Below are positions 37,791 through 46,070 of a DNA stretch of 64,000 nt, piece by piece (position 1 is the stretch's first letter; every line of letters starts with the position of its first letter). Source of the stretch: Bdellovibrionales bacterium (GTDB lineage Bacteria; Bdellovibrionota; Bdellovibrionia; Bdellovibrionales; UBA1609); the NCBI GenBank assembly GCA_041690295.1, contig JAWLHR010000008.1, forward strand, positions 32,001-96,000, read 5' to 3'. A model generated the notes under the pieces. That model was not told the origin of the DNA, did not search any database, and saw only the letters and a list, made by a program, of their open reading frames with translations. A program made the position numbers and the translations under genes.

Positions 37791-38243
37791 TTATTCAAAC
37801 TTCTTAATCGGTGAAGAGGGCAAGATGAACCCCTTTTGACCGGGACCGGGGCGAGTGAACTGAAATTTAAAGGGTCCTACCCGCCCTCTCCCCAGTTCGA
37901 CCCCGTTCAGGGCCGCTGCCAGACAAGGAATTTTAGGGAATATTTTGAGGTCCTTAAGCTTTCCCAGGGCGTCCAATTGGCCGGTCACATCCACATTAAA
38001 TTGGGGGTCCGAGATCATTGCGGACAGGCTTTGCAAACACATCTGAACTTCGGGGTTTAAAATGACCGCGGAATGCAGCTCTTCCGCCCGCCGGGGGGCG
38101 AAGGACACGACCAACGCCACCTCAGGCGGCGGTTGGGGCTGGCCCTCCGTCACTTTGGCGGTCTGGCGGGTGGACTCGCTCACCTTGGACTGGGAGTGGC
38201 ATCCCGCACTTAAGAACGCGAGAAGAACGAATATCGCTTTCAT
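37791..38243 (-). CDS. Hypothetical lipoprotein
   Basis: Lipobox SAGC after a hydrophobic stretch. Confidence 0.65.
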   Translation of the reverse strand: MKAIFVLLAFLSAGCHSQSKVSESTRQTAKVTEGQPQPPPEVALVVSFAPRRAEELHSAVILNPEVQMCLQSLSAMISDPQFNVDVTGQLDALGKLKDLKIFPKIPCLAAALNGVELGRGRVGPFKFQFTRPGPGQKGFILPSSPIKKFE

Positions 38244-38258
38244 GTGATTTTGATTCTA

Positions 38259-39845
38259 TCAGCAGCCTGTTCCCCTGCCTAGGGAAACCGTGGAATTGCG
38301 GCAATCCCGATTCCCCGGGCAGCGAAATCGAACATGGAAGTGATTGTGGTGGCCCGGCGAATATTTCATCGCTTTGAGCGTTCGGTGGGCACAGGAATTG
38401 GGATCATTTAGATTCTCGGCGATATTTTCACGGATCCACTTGCACATATGCTTTTTGATTTCCGTGTCCACGAACATGGCGATCACCGGATTGCCGTCGG
38501 CGCAGGTCAAATGGCTGGCCATCAACCAAAACCGTTCTTCGTCAAAGTCGGGAGAAATCCTTGCGCCCGGCGCGCAACCTCGCCGTGGCCGACGCTCACA
38601 GACATTCCACATATCGCCGACTTCTTTGCGTGAAGGATAAACGATATCGATGTCGAGTCCGGTTTGATGGCTCTTGTGGCAACTTCCGCCATTGCATAAC
38701 CGCCCGCCGGTTTTCTTGGAAATATTGGCCAAAATGACCGGTGGTTTTTGCGGCTTCATGGTGGCCACGGCGGCGGACGCATACGTCACCAGCTTGATCG
38801 TGCGCTCGGTTCCATAGCCGCGATTGGCGCGATTGCGCTTCACATAGCCCATCCCAGCTTCAGGTAACTCGCTGGGATTACGCAAATAACCGTTCGCGTG
38901 GGCGCCAATCGCCTGGTTGGGGGCCTTCGCCGGCTCTTCCGGTCGAAGTTTTTCAATGTCGGGAATCGAATATTCCCCCTGGACCGGCGCCGGGACCGGA
39001 AGCGGAGGAGTGATTTCAATGGCGAAGTTGGGATCGTCGATAATTTCCTTTAACTCTTCCTCGTTCATGGGCGGCGGCGCCTCGACCCGGGGAGGTCGTT
39101 GAGGCGTGGGCTTTTCAAAAATTTTCGGTTCCTTTTTTTCCGGCTCTTTCGGAAACGGTGGAAGTTTATCATCCTTCTTTTGATCCTTTTCCTTGGGGAA
39201 AGGGGGCAAGTCCTTCACATCCGTTTTTTGATCCGGGTAAGGAGGCAGGTCCTCGTCAATGTCACCGGACGTCGCCCGGCGCGTTTCAAAACGTTGGCTT
39301 TGGAATAACTGGGATTCCGTTTTTCCATTCACCACCACGAATAATTCCAAACCCACCTGATCACAGCGGTAAGTGTCCATACATCGAACCGCGGCCTGAA
39401 GCCTTCGTTCCGCCGCGACTTTTTTATCGGTGGGGAACATATTTCCACAAACCCATTCCCCCGCCGGATCGAACGGACAACTCAGCTCAATGGCCTCATC
39501 CGGCTTGCCCTTGATTTTCAATGTGCCGCTAAAGGTGATCGTCTTGGTTTTTACATTGATTTTGAGTTTCTGATCGGTGACCTCAAAGGCCTTGGTTTCC
39601 GCCGGAACATACTCCGGAATTTCATCTTTTAAGCGGTCCCGTAACACCTCGGGAATCGTAAAGGTCGGAAGATCCGAGATTTTTTCATCCTGCTTAAGGA
39701 GCGGAGCCACGTCGTCTTCGTCCTCGCCCTCCACCGATTGAACGTGATTTTGGGTTTTCGCCGGGTTCGGCCGATACCCCGGTCCGCAAGCGACCAACCA
39801 CCCGAGGCTGAGTCCCAATAGGATTTTGATAATCAATTGCGTCAT
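38259..39845 (-). CDS. MepA-like penicillin-insensitive murein endopeptidase lipoprotein with Pro-rich linker
   Basis: Lipobox LVAC; HKSHQTGLDIDI and HHNHFHVR; GGGGAG RBS before ATG 39845. Confidence 0.85.
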   Translation of the reverse strand: MTQLIIKILLGLSLGWLVACGPGYRPNPAKTQNHVQSVEGEDEDDVAPLLKQDEKISDLPTFTIPEVLRDRLKDEIPEYVPAETKAFEVTDQKLKINVKTKTITFSGTLKIKGKPDEAIELSCPFDPAGEWVCGNMFPTDKKVAAERRLQAAVRCMDTYRCDQVGLELFVVVNGKTESQLFQSQRFETRRATSGDIDEDLPPYPDQKTDVKDLPPFPKEKDQKKDDKLPPFPKEPEKKEPKIFEKPTPQRPPRVEAPPPMNEEELKEIIDDPNFAIEITPPLPVPAPVQGEYSIPDIEKLRPEEPAKAPNQAIGAHANGYLRNPSELPEAGMGYVKRNRANRGYGTERTIKLVTYASAAVATMKPQKPPVILANISKKTGGRLCNGGSCHKSHQTGLDIDIVYPSRKEVGDMWNVCERRPRRGCAPGARISPDFDEERFWLMASHLTCADGNPVIAMFVDTEIKKHMCKWIRENIAENLNDPNSCAHRTLKAMKYSPGHHNHFHVRFRCPGNRDCRNSTVSLGRGTGC

Positions 39846-39870
39846 AAACGCGACTCCCCACCCGTCACCA

Positions 39871-39886
39871 TGCAAGCAGGGGACCG
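39871..39886 (-). promoter_or_regulatory. Sigma54-type promoter of the MepA-like gene
   Basis: Minus strand CGGTCCCCTGCTTGCA, GG-N10-GC spacing. Confidence 0.5.
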
Positions 39887-39983
39887 CTTGAGAAGGCTAT
39901 AAATTGCAGCACAGACCGGAAAAGGTTTTTAATAACGACAATTTGCGGCTTTGCGTAAAGTCAAGGAGCCCGAATCTCCCCCC

Positions 39984-40100
39984 AGTTCCCCCTGTGGAAA
40001 CCCGGGCCCCTTAGTTAGGTCGGCCTCGTCGCCAAGGCCTACCCAGTGTCAAGAAAGGAAGACCAAAGATGAACGATAGATACCCACGGCGGGGAGAACT
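39984..40100 (-). ncRNA. Candidate structured ncRNA (rod-like, possibly 6S-related)
   Basis: Nested stems AGTTCTCCC/GGGGGAACT, GTGGGTATCT/GGGTTTCCAC and TGGGTAGGCCTTG-GCGA-CGAGGCCGACCTA; G-U pairs favour the minus strand. Confidence 0.45.
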
Positions 40101-40189
40101 TGAAACGAACAAATGTGAACATTTTTGCACGAGACAGGACTTATGTTACAAGTAAGCCTCATTTCTAACAAAAAAACGGGTAAGGGGAT

Positions 40190-41350
40190 TTGGTTAAACT
40201 ATTTCTTATCTTGAGTTTGGGCCTGAGTTCGGTCGCATGGGCGGGGACGACGGAATCGGTGCCGCAAAAGATCATCGATCAATCCTACGAGTTAATTTTC
40301 CACTCCACTTTGGCCAAATCGATTTGCCGGCACATTTTAGGTGGCGATCACGAAGCCATTTCTTTGCACTTGGGAGTTTCGGAGGTCACGGCCAAGCGAA
40401 TCGCCGGTCGTTGTTTGCGAACGGTCCGGCATCCGTGGATTCATCCCACCGCTCCGAACGACATCCGCAAACTCACGCTCAACAATCATAAGGCGCGCAA
40501 GTACAAAATTTTGCGCGTCAGCCAGCCCTTTCCCATCGAAAGCTGGACGGAACCGTTCACCAACACCACGGTTCTTGTGACCACCGAAGAGGAACTGTCA
40601 CAGGCGAGATGGGTTCAGATTCTCGCCCACGAACTGGCGGTTTATTTCGACAGCAAGGTCAATCCCCACCATCCGGACGCCGACAACATTCCCGAACTTC
40701 GCGATATCAAGCCGATCATTTTCACTGAATATGATCCACTGGTGGCCGCCACCAATCCCCTTCCCGGCCATGCCTTGACCTTTCTGCGCGCCTTGCAGGT
40801 GGAGTATGCGATCTTAACGGAACTGGCCCACGCGGGGCGCCTCCGCCTTCCGCCGGATCTCTATGTGTCGGTGGATCTCGACTTGATTACGGACCGGTGT
40901 TCATTCCGCTGTATTGAAAACCTGGTCACTCAGGTGCGCAACACGCTATCCCCACTCGGACTTCCACTCCTGGCGTTCGCTCCGCATTTCCGCTCCTTGG
41001 CGATCAACTATTTGGCTCGACGCAAGTTCTTTTGGAATCGCGAGGAATTGGCCCTCAGTCATTTGGCGCTCAGCCAACTGCCGATCGAATATTTACGCTC
41101 TGAATTCAGAGGGAATCTGGTCGATGATATGCGCCGGCTTTTTCATTCGGAGCTGAACGACCCGCGGTTCGAAAGCGTGCGCAAGTTTCTCGATCGGCTC
41201 TGGCATTTCGAAAAACAAGCGCTGTTCTCGGCCCAATATCCGGCGGGTCGCCCGCTTCTTGAGTTTTTAAAAGTGCCGCTTCTGAGCGGATATAACATCG
41301 GCCTGAGCAGCGGGCCGAGAGTTCGTGTGCGACCGGGTGTCACCGAATGA
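40190..41350 (+). CDS. Exported hypothetical protein
   Basis: Signal peptide ending AWA; AHELAV motif; 4-nt overlap with the next gene. Confidence 0.75.
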   Translation: MVKLFLILSLGLSSVAWAGTTESVPQKIIDQSYELIFHSTLAKSICRHILGGDHEAISLHLGVSEVTAKRIAGRCLRTVRHPWIHPTAPNDIRKLTLNNHKARKYKILRVSQPFPIESWTEPFTNTTVLVTTEEELSQARWVQILAHELAVYFDSKVNPHHPDADNIPELRDIKPIIFTEYDPLVAATNPLPGHALTFLRALQVEYAILTELAHAGRLRLPPDLYVSVDLDLITDRCSFRCIENLVTQVRNTLSPLGLPLLAFAPHFRSLAINYLARRKFFWNREELALSHLALSQLPIEYLRSEFRGNLVDDMRRLFHSELNDPRFESVRKFLDRLWHFEKQALFSAQYPAGRPLLEFLKVPLLSGYNIGLSSGPRVRVRPGVTE

Positions 41351-42708
41351 ATTGGCAAGATCGATTTCAGCAACTCAATCGCCTGCTGTTGAACGGAGAA
41401 ATCAACGCGTTCAATGAGGCTCTGAATCGGTGGGTTCCGCGCACCAAGGCGGAAAAACGGGCTCACCTTCACTATCAAGGTTTGCGCGAATTTCACTCCG
41501 GTCGGGTCGCGGAATGCGCGAGACTTTTGGAAAAAGCTCTCCAGGAGTATGGTGAGAACGTCAATTTGGTTCGCGATCTGGCGGTTTGTCATTATCACGA
41601 GCAGAACATGCAACAGTTCCGCTTCCGTCTCGACCAACTGGAACGGGGGCTGGTCGAATTTGAGAGCCGTCTGTCTGCGCGCACGCTTCTCGAATGCGAA
41701 CTCTTGCTAGGTAAGTTTTTGGAAGCCGAAGGGCGGCTCGCACCGGCTTTGATTTATTATAAGCGGGCGCTGCCAAGGGCTGAAAATCCCCACCAACGCA
41801 CGCGCGTGCAGTTGCAAAAAGCCCGGTGGCACGCGCTTTATGAGATGAGCGCGGAATTGAGCGCCGACTACCGTGAACTGATCAGCATTCCAGCGGAATC
41901 CATCACCAGGGATTTGCGCATTGAATACGCCCACAGCATGATGCTCATCGAACTGCGCTTGATCGGCGCCGATCACGCCTGGTCACGATATCTAAAAACC
42001 GAACCGGAATGCGACGAATTGGACCGCCGCCTGCTCTTATTCGATTTTATCGAGGGCTCGCTCGCCATGGATCTGCCGCTGGACCCCGCTGTTTCAAAAA
42101 AGATAAAAGACTTCCGCGAGTTAGATCCCTTTGAGGAATTCCTCTGCAAAATGGTTCAAGGACGACTTGAAGGTCCGACCAAGATCGAGGAACTCAATGA
42201 TTTGTCATCCAAACTCCCTTGGGCCAATTACTTACGGCTTTTATGCCTTGCGGCCAACCGCGAGGTGAATCCTCAAGTCAAACGTGAACTGAATCGTAAG
42301 TTGCAATTGATTCTGCAAAGCCTGGACGCGAAGTCGCGGGACGTTTGGAACGCGCGGCTCAAGCAAGCGCTGCACCCCATGGAAATCAAATTGGAGTTTT
42401 GCCCGCGCAGCCGCTCGATCTCCGTGCTCGGGAAAACCGTTGACCTGAGCAAAAAGAAAATCGGACAGAATCTGCTTTCGCTTCTCACGCGCCGGTCCGT
42501 ACTGAGTGTCGAAGAAACCATTCAACACCTCTGGCAATGCGATTTCACGCCGGAACACTATCACCGGCTCCGCATGGGCATTCATCGATTGAACATGCTG
42601 GTTTTTGAAACCTGCGGGCACGGAAAAATTATCGAAGTGGATTCACAGCAGGTTCGTTTGCGTCCGGAAATTAAACTTGAGGAAATTGATTTAGGACTGG
42701 GTCACTGA
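41347..42708 (+). CDS. TPR-like helical protein with C-terminal winged-helix DNA-binding domain
   Basis: Helical repeats; C-terminal LLSLL...ETIQHLW...HRLRMGIHRLN resembles OmpR/PhoB-type wHTH. Confidence 0.7.
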   Translation: MNWQDRFQQLNRLLLNGEINAFNEALNRWVPRTKAEKRAHLHYQGLREFHSGRVAECARLLEKALQEYGENVNLVRDLAVCHYHEQNMQQFRFRLDQLERGLVEFESRLSARTLLECELLLGKFLEAEGRLAPALIYYKRALPRAENPHQRTRVQLQKARWHALYEMSAELSADYRELISIPAESITRDLRIEYAHSMMLIELRLIGADHAWSRYLKTEPECDELDRRLLLFDFIEGSLAMDLPLDPAVSKKIKDFRELDPFEEFLCKMVQGRLEGPTKIEELNDLSSKLPWANYLRLLCLAANREVNPQVKRELNRKLQLILQSLDAKSRDVWNARLKQALHPMEIKLEFCPRSRSISVLGKTVDLSKKKIGQNLLSLLTRRSVLSVEETIQHLWQCDFTPEHYHRLRMGIHRLNMLVFETCGHGKIIEVDSQQVRLRPEIKLEEIDLGLGH

Positions 42709-42709
42709 C

Positions 42710-42765
42710 AAAAAAGGCGATGTGAAGCGTCCGTGCTTCGACCAGGTTTCCTGCCTTCCATCGCC
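42710..42765 (-). ncRNA. GGA-rich three-way-junction element with U-tail (Csr/Rsm-like sRNA or terminator)
   Basis: GGCGATG...CATCGCC-TTTTTT enclosing CAGG-AAA-CCTG and GAAGC-ACGGAC-GCTTC. Confidence 0.4.
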
Positions 42766-42869
42766 CCCCCACAAATGAGATCGTGAATAGAAATTCGGCG
42801 AAAAACAAGAAAAAATTTCAAAGCCGGGTGAACAAGCGGGATCAACTGGACCAAAGGCTGTTTGAAAAC

Positions 42870-42900
42870 AAAAAAGGCCAGAAGCGGTTGGCTCCTGGCC
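42870..42900 (-). terminator. Intrinsic terminator
   Basis: GGCCAGGAGC-CAACC-GCTTCTGGCC-TTTTTT. Confidence 0.75.
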
Positions 42901-42933
42901 TAGAGATTTACGCCGAAAAAGTGTCGATCACGG

Positions 42934-42987
42934 TTAAGTGATCATCACCTCCGGCATAAGTGTTTCACAGTGTATATCACACTTCAC
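42934..42987 (-). CDS. Candidate 17-aa small ORF MKCDIHCETLMPEVMIT
   Basis: AGGAGGT 6 nt before GTG; extended -10 TGaTACACT at 43027-43035; terminator downstream. Confidence 0.35.
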   Translation of the reverse strand: MKCDIHCETLMPEVMIT

Positions 42988-43250
42988 TCAACCACCTCCT
43001 CTCTAGGCTCAAGAGAACCTGATTTCAGTGTATCAGAATCCACCGTCTCACTCCAATGTCTCAAAATTGGAACTGTCAAAGAGGCTGACAATTTTGTTTA
43101 AGTTCAGCCCTTAACCCCCATTATTTATCTATAAAATCAAAAACTGCTAAAAATCCGGCCTTTGGTCGATAAGCCCTAAAGCTGAAATCCTGTATGTAAG
43201 CTCCGCTGCATTCAGCAATGTGTCTTTGGGGGACACTTTAGGGGGAGCTT

Positions 43251-44333
43251 ATGAAGTCTTTAAGATTAACGTTGTTCATCCTGCTCGCGACGGCTTTGGC
43301 CGGCTGCGGAGACGGAGACACAACTTATTCTCTTCTCGAAGACAGTGAGTCTTTCCGGCAAACCGCGGGCACACAAAACAACAAAATCGACGTGTTGTGG
43401 GTCGTCGATAATTCGGGGTCCATGCGGACATCACAAGAAAATTTGGCCGACAATTTTCCGGCATTTATGGTCAAATTTCTCGATAAAAAATTCGACTTCC
43501 AAATGGCCGTGACGACCACGGACGCTTATCTGGCGATTTCTCCGACTTGGGACAGTTACTATAACCGCTTTCCGCGTCCTCAGTATTATGAAGGTCAAGC
43601 GCAATCGCTGAAAGCCCGTTTTCGCGATGGCGTGGGAAGCACGCATTCCGGCTATCGCATCCTCAATAGCCTGACGCCGAATCTCCATTCCAACTTCATG
43701 ATCAACATTATGCAGGGAGTAGAAGGCCGTGGCGATGAACGCAGTCTACAGTCCATGGAGACGGCGCTGATGAGCCCGCACAATCAACCGTTCCACCGTG
43801 ATGATGCGTTCTTGGCCATCATTATTCTCACCGACGAAGACGATTTCTCGCATCCGGGAACCTCGGCGTACGAGTCTTATGTTTCACAACTCACGCCGAT
43901 CAGTCATTATGTTTCATTTCTCGATCAGTTCACCGGAACTTCAGGCGCGGCTCGCCGCTACAGCGTGAATTCGATCTCAGTGAAGGACAATCAATGTCTG
44001 AACTCCATCTACAATGGCGCGCAGAGAATCGCGAAACGCGTGATGGAACTCGTCGACGCGACCGGAGGGATCAGCGCCAGTCTTTGCGGTGATTTCGCCG
44101 AAGAGTTGGATCTTATCGCCAAAGGTCTAGTTCAAGCTTCGACGAAATTCTCACTCGGTGACAAGCGACCGATTCCTGAAACCATTCGCGTGTTCGTGAA
44201 CGGTGTTCTCGTGTCGAGTGAAGGTTGGTTCTACGAACAAGAAACGAACAGCATCGTGTTCAACGATGGTTATGCACCCGCGGACGGTGATCTCATCAAA
44301 GTCACCTTTGACCCGGAATCACTCTCCTTCTAA
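43251..44333 (+). CDS. vWA-domain lipoprotein
   Basis: Lipobox LAGC; MIDAS motif VVDNSGSM; LTDEDD. Confidence 0.85.
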   Translation: MKSLRLTLFILLATALAGCGDGDTTYSLLEDSESFRQTAGTQNNKIDVLWVVDNSGSMRTSQENLADNFPAFMVKFLDKKFDFQMAVTTTDAYLAISPTWDSYYNRFPRPQYYEGQAQSLKARFRDGVGSTHSGYRILNSLTPNLHSNFMINIMQGVEGRGDERSLQSMETALMSPHNQPFHRDDAFLAIIILTDEDDFSHPGTSAYESYVSQLTPISHYVSFLDQFTGTSGAARRYSVNSISVKDNQCLNSIYNGAQRIAKRVMELVDATGGISASLCGDFAEELDLIAKGLVQASTKFSLGDKRPIPETIRVFVNGVLVSSEGWFYEQETNSIVFNDGYAPADGDLIKVTFDPESLSF

Positions 44334-44339
44334 CATTGG

Positions 44340-45416
44340 GTGGTGAGCTTGAGTTTAAATCGGATTTCAAAAATCCTGATTTGGTCCAGCGTTGTATTTT
44401 TCGCGGCCGGTGGTGTCTGGGGTTTCTGGACACACAAGAAACACCTGTTTTCCCGCGGAGAAGCCGGCCCTCTCCGCGTGTTGTGCGCGGAGAATTGGCT
44501 GTCCGACGAAGTCTTACAAGCCTTCGCCAAAAAGCGCGGCATCTCGATTCAACAGTGGACCTACTCGAATCCCAACGAATTCATCCGGCAAATGGCGAAC
44601 GCGGACGGCAATATCGACGTGATTTGCACAAGCTCCCTGTTGCTCAAGGGTTTGGTGCAAAGCCGGTGGATCAAAAAGCTTCCGTACACATCCTTGGAAA
44701 ACGCCAAGAACATCGCCGTCGACTTCATGCACTTGCCCTATGACCCGGAGTCGGAATACTCCGTGCCGATTTATTGGAACCTTTACGGCTTCTTCGGTAA
44801 AGGCAACGCCAAGGCGCAAAGTTCATGGAAGCAGGTCCTTCAGTCGCATAAAGTCGCGCTTTTCGGGGATGAGTTGAATGTGCTTCATCTTCTGAGCCGA
44901 AACGGCATTAAAATCGAAGAACGCCTGCAAGACTCCGAAACCAAATCCCTGGAAAACGAAATTCGCAAATTCATCCGATCACTGGTCCAGATCGAAAAAC
45001 CATCCACCACAGCGATTTCCGCCGAGGCGATCACCGCCAAAGCGGAGTGGATCCAATTGCCCTTGTCCCAGGTCTCCCGTCTGCTCGGTGAACCTTCACC
45101 TTATCAGTTCTGGTTGCCCAGCGACGGCGGCATGGTGGAAGTCGGCTTGTTCGCCGTGGGTGAACACAGCGAACGCGTCCCGCTCGCGCTGGAGCTGATC
45201 AATCATTTAATCTCCACCGATCAAGCGTTGGAAATGCATAAGCGTCTCGGCGCCGGCGTGGTCCACACAAGCCTTAATCACTTGAATTCCATCGCACCCT
45301 TGCAAAAGGCCGAGGCGTTACGCCGCTTCCCGCTCACCAAATATGAATTTCCCGAAGTGAGCATGGACGCGATTCCGCGCTTTCAGAAATTTTTCAACGA
45401 AACTAAATCGCAATAA
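44340..45416 (+). CDS. Polyamine (PotD-like) ABC substrate-binding protein, divergent and orphan
   Basis: YDPESEYSVPIYWNLYG and general PotD layout; N-terminal anchor. Confidence 0.7.
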   Translation: MVSLSLNRISKILIWSSVVFFAAGGVWGFWTHKKHLFSRGEAGPLRVLCAENWLSDEVLQAFAKKRGISIQQWTYSNPNEFIRQMANADGNIDVICTSSLLLKGLVQSRWIKKLPYTSLENAKNIAVDFMHLPYDPESEYSVPIYWNLYGFFGKGNAKAQSSWKQVLQSHKVALFGDELNVLHLLSRNGIKIEERLQDSETKSLENEIRKFIRSLVQIEKPSTTAISAEAITAKAEWIQLPLSQVSRLLGEPSPYQFWLPSDGGMVEVGLFAVGEHSERVPLALELINHLISTDQALEMHKRLGAGVVHTSLNHLNSIAPLQKAEALRRFPLTKYEFPEVSMDAIPRFQKFFNETKSQ

Positions 45417-45969
45417 GTGATACGCGCACCCGGCCTTTGAGGGTGTTGCGTTTGGCGGGGCCGTTCTGGGTTTCCTGGCCGTAAATTTCAATCCAAAGAT
45501 CGTACGGTGAACGTCCCGACGTGCCGTTACTGAGACCAGTGCGATTCACATTATCCTCGGCGATCGGATTTAAATTCACATAAAGCAAGAAGCGGCCGTT
45601 AATGCACTGGCTGTGAGCGGTTTTATTTCCGCCCGCGATACCGAGCATCCCGGAGTCGCGCACCTTGACATTATTGAGATACAATTCCCAGCGGATCGTA
45701 TTGAAGGGAAAGCCACCTTCGTTGCAATCCCCGCCCAGATTGAATTCCGAAAGATTGGCGGGAACGCTGTATTCCGTCCCCCCACCCAGATTCACCTTCA
45801 AGCTGAGGTTATCCACGGTCGGAGTGATACAATCGTCATCCACGCATTCCACGCTGGAACCTGTCACCGAAAAGGTGCTGTTATCAGAATAAGTTCCGCA
45901 GTTTGTGTACTGGGTCATCATGACCAGGGACACGAAGGCGAAAGTCAACCATCTCAAGGTTTTATTCAT
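45403..45969 (-). CDS. Hypothetical probable lipoprotein
   Basis: Hydrophobic stretch ending YTNC; several Cys; AGGTG RBS. Confidence 0.75.
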   Translation of the reverse strand: MNKTLRWLTFAFVSLVMMTQYTNCGTYSDNSTFSVTGSSVECVDDDCITPTVDNLSLKVNLGGGTEYSVPANLSEFNLGGDCNEGGFPFNTIRWELYLNNVKVRDSGMLGIAGGNKTAHSQCINGRFLLYVNLNPIAEDNVNRTGLSNGTSGRSPYDLWIEIYGQETQNGPAKRNTLKGRVRVSLIAI

Positions 45970-45989
45970 TCAAAGCTCACCTAATATTG

Positions 45990-46016
45990 TATCGACTTGG
46001 GTCTAGTTAAACTTTA
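45990..46016 (-). promoter_or_regulatory. Sigma28 (FliA)-like promoter
   Basis: Minus strand TAAAG-N16-TCGATA, 20 bp upstream of the 45969 start. Confidence 0.6.
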
Positions 46017-46070
46017 CGCCCAGCCCGGTAAAATTTGAATGCAACGTCTCAGTCTGATACGAAACGGGCC

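Noticed and set aside
43148..43172. TAAA...GTCGATAA before the vWA lipoprotein
   Set aside because: The spacer is shorter than in the accepted sigma28-like sites; left uncalled.
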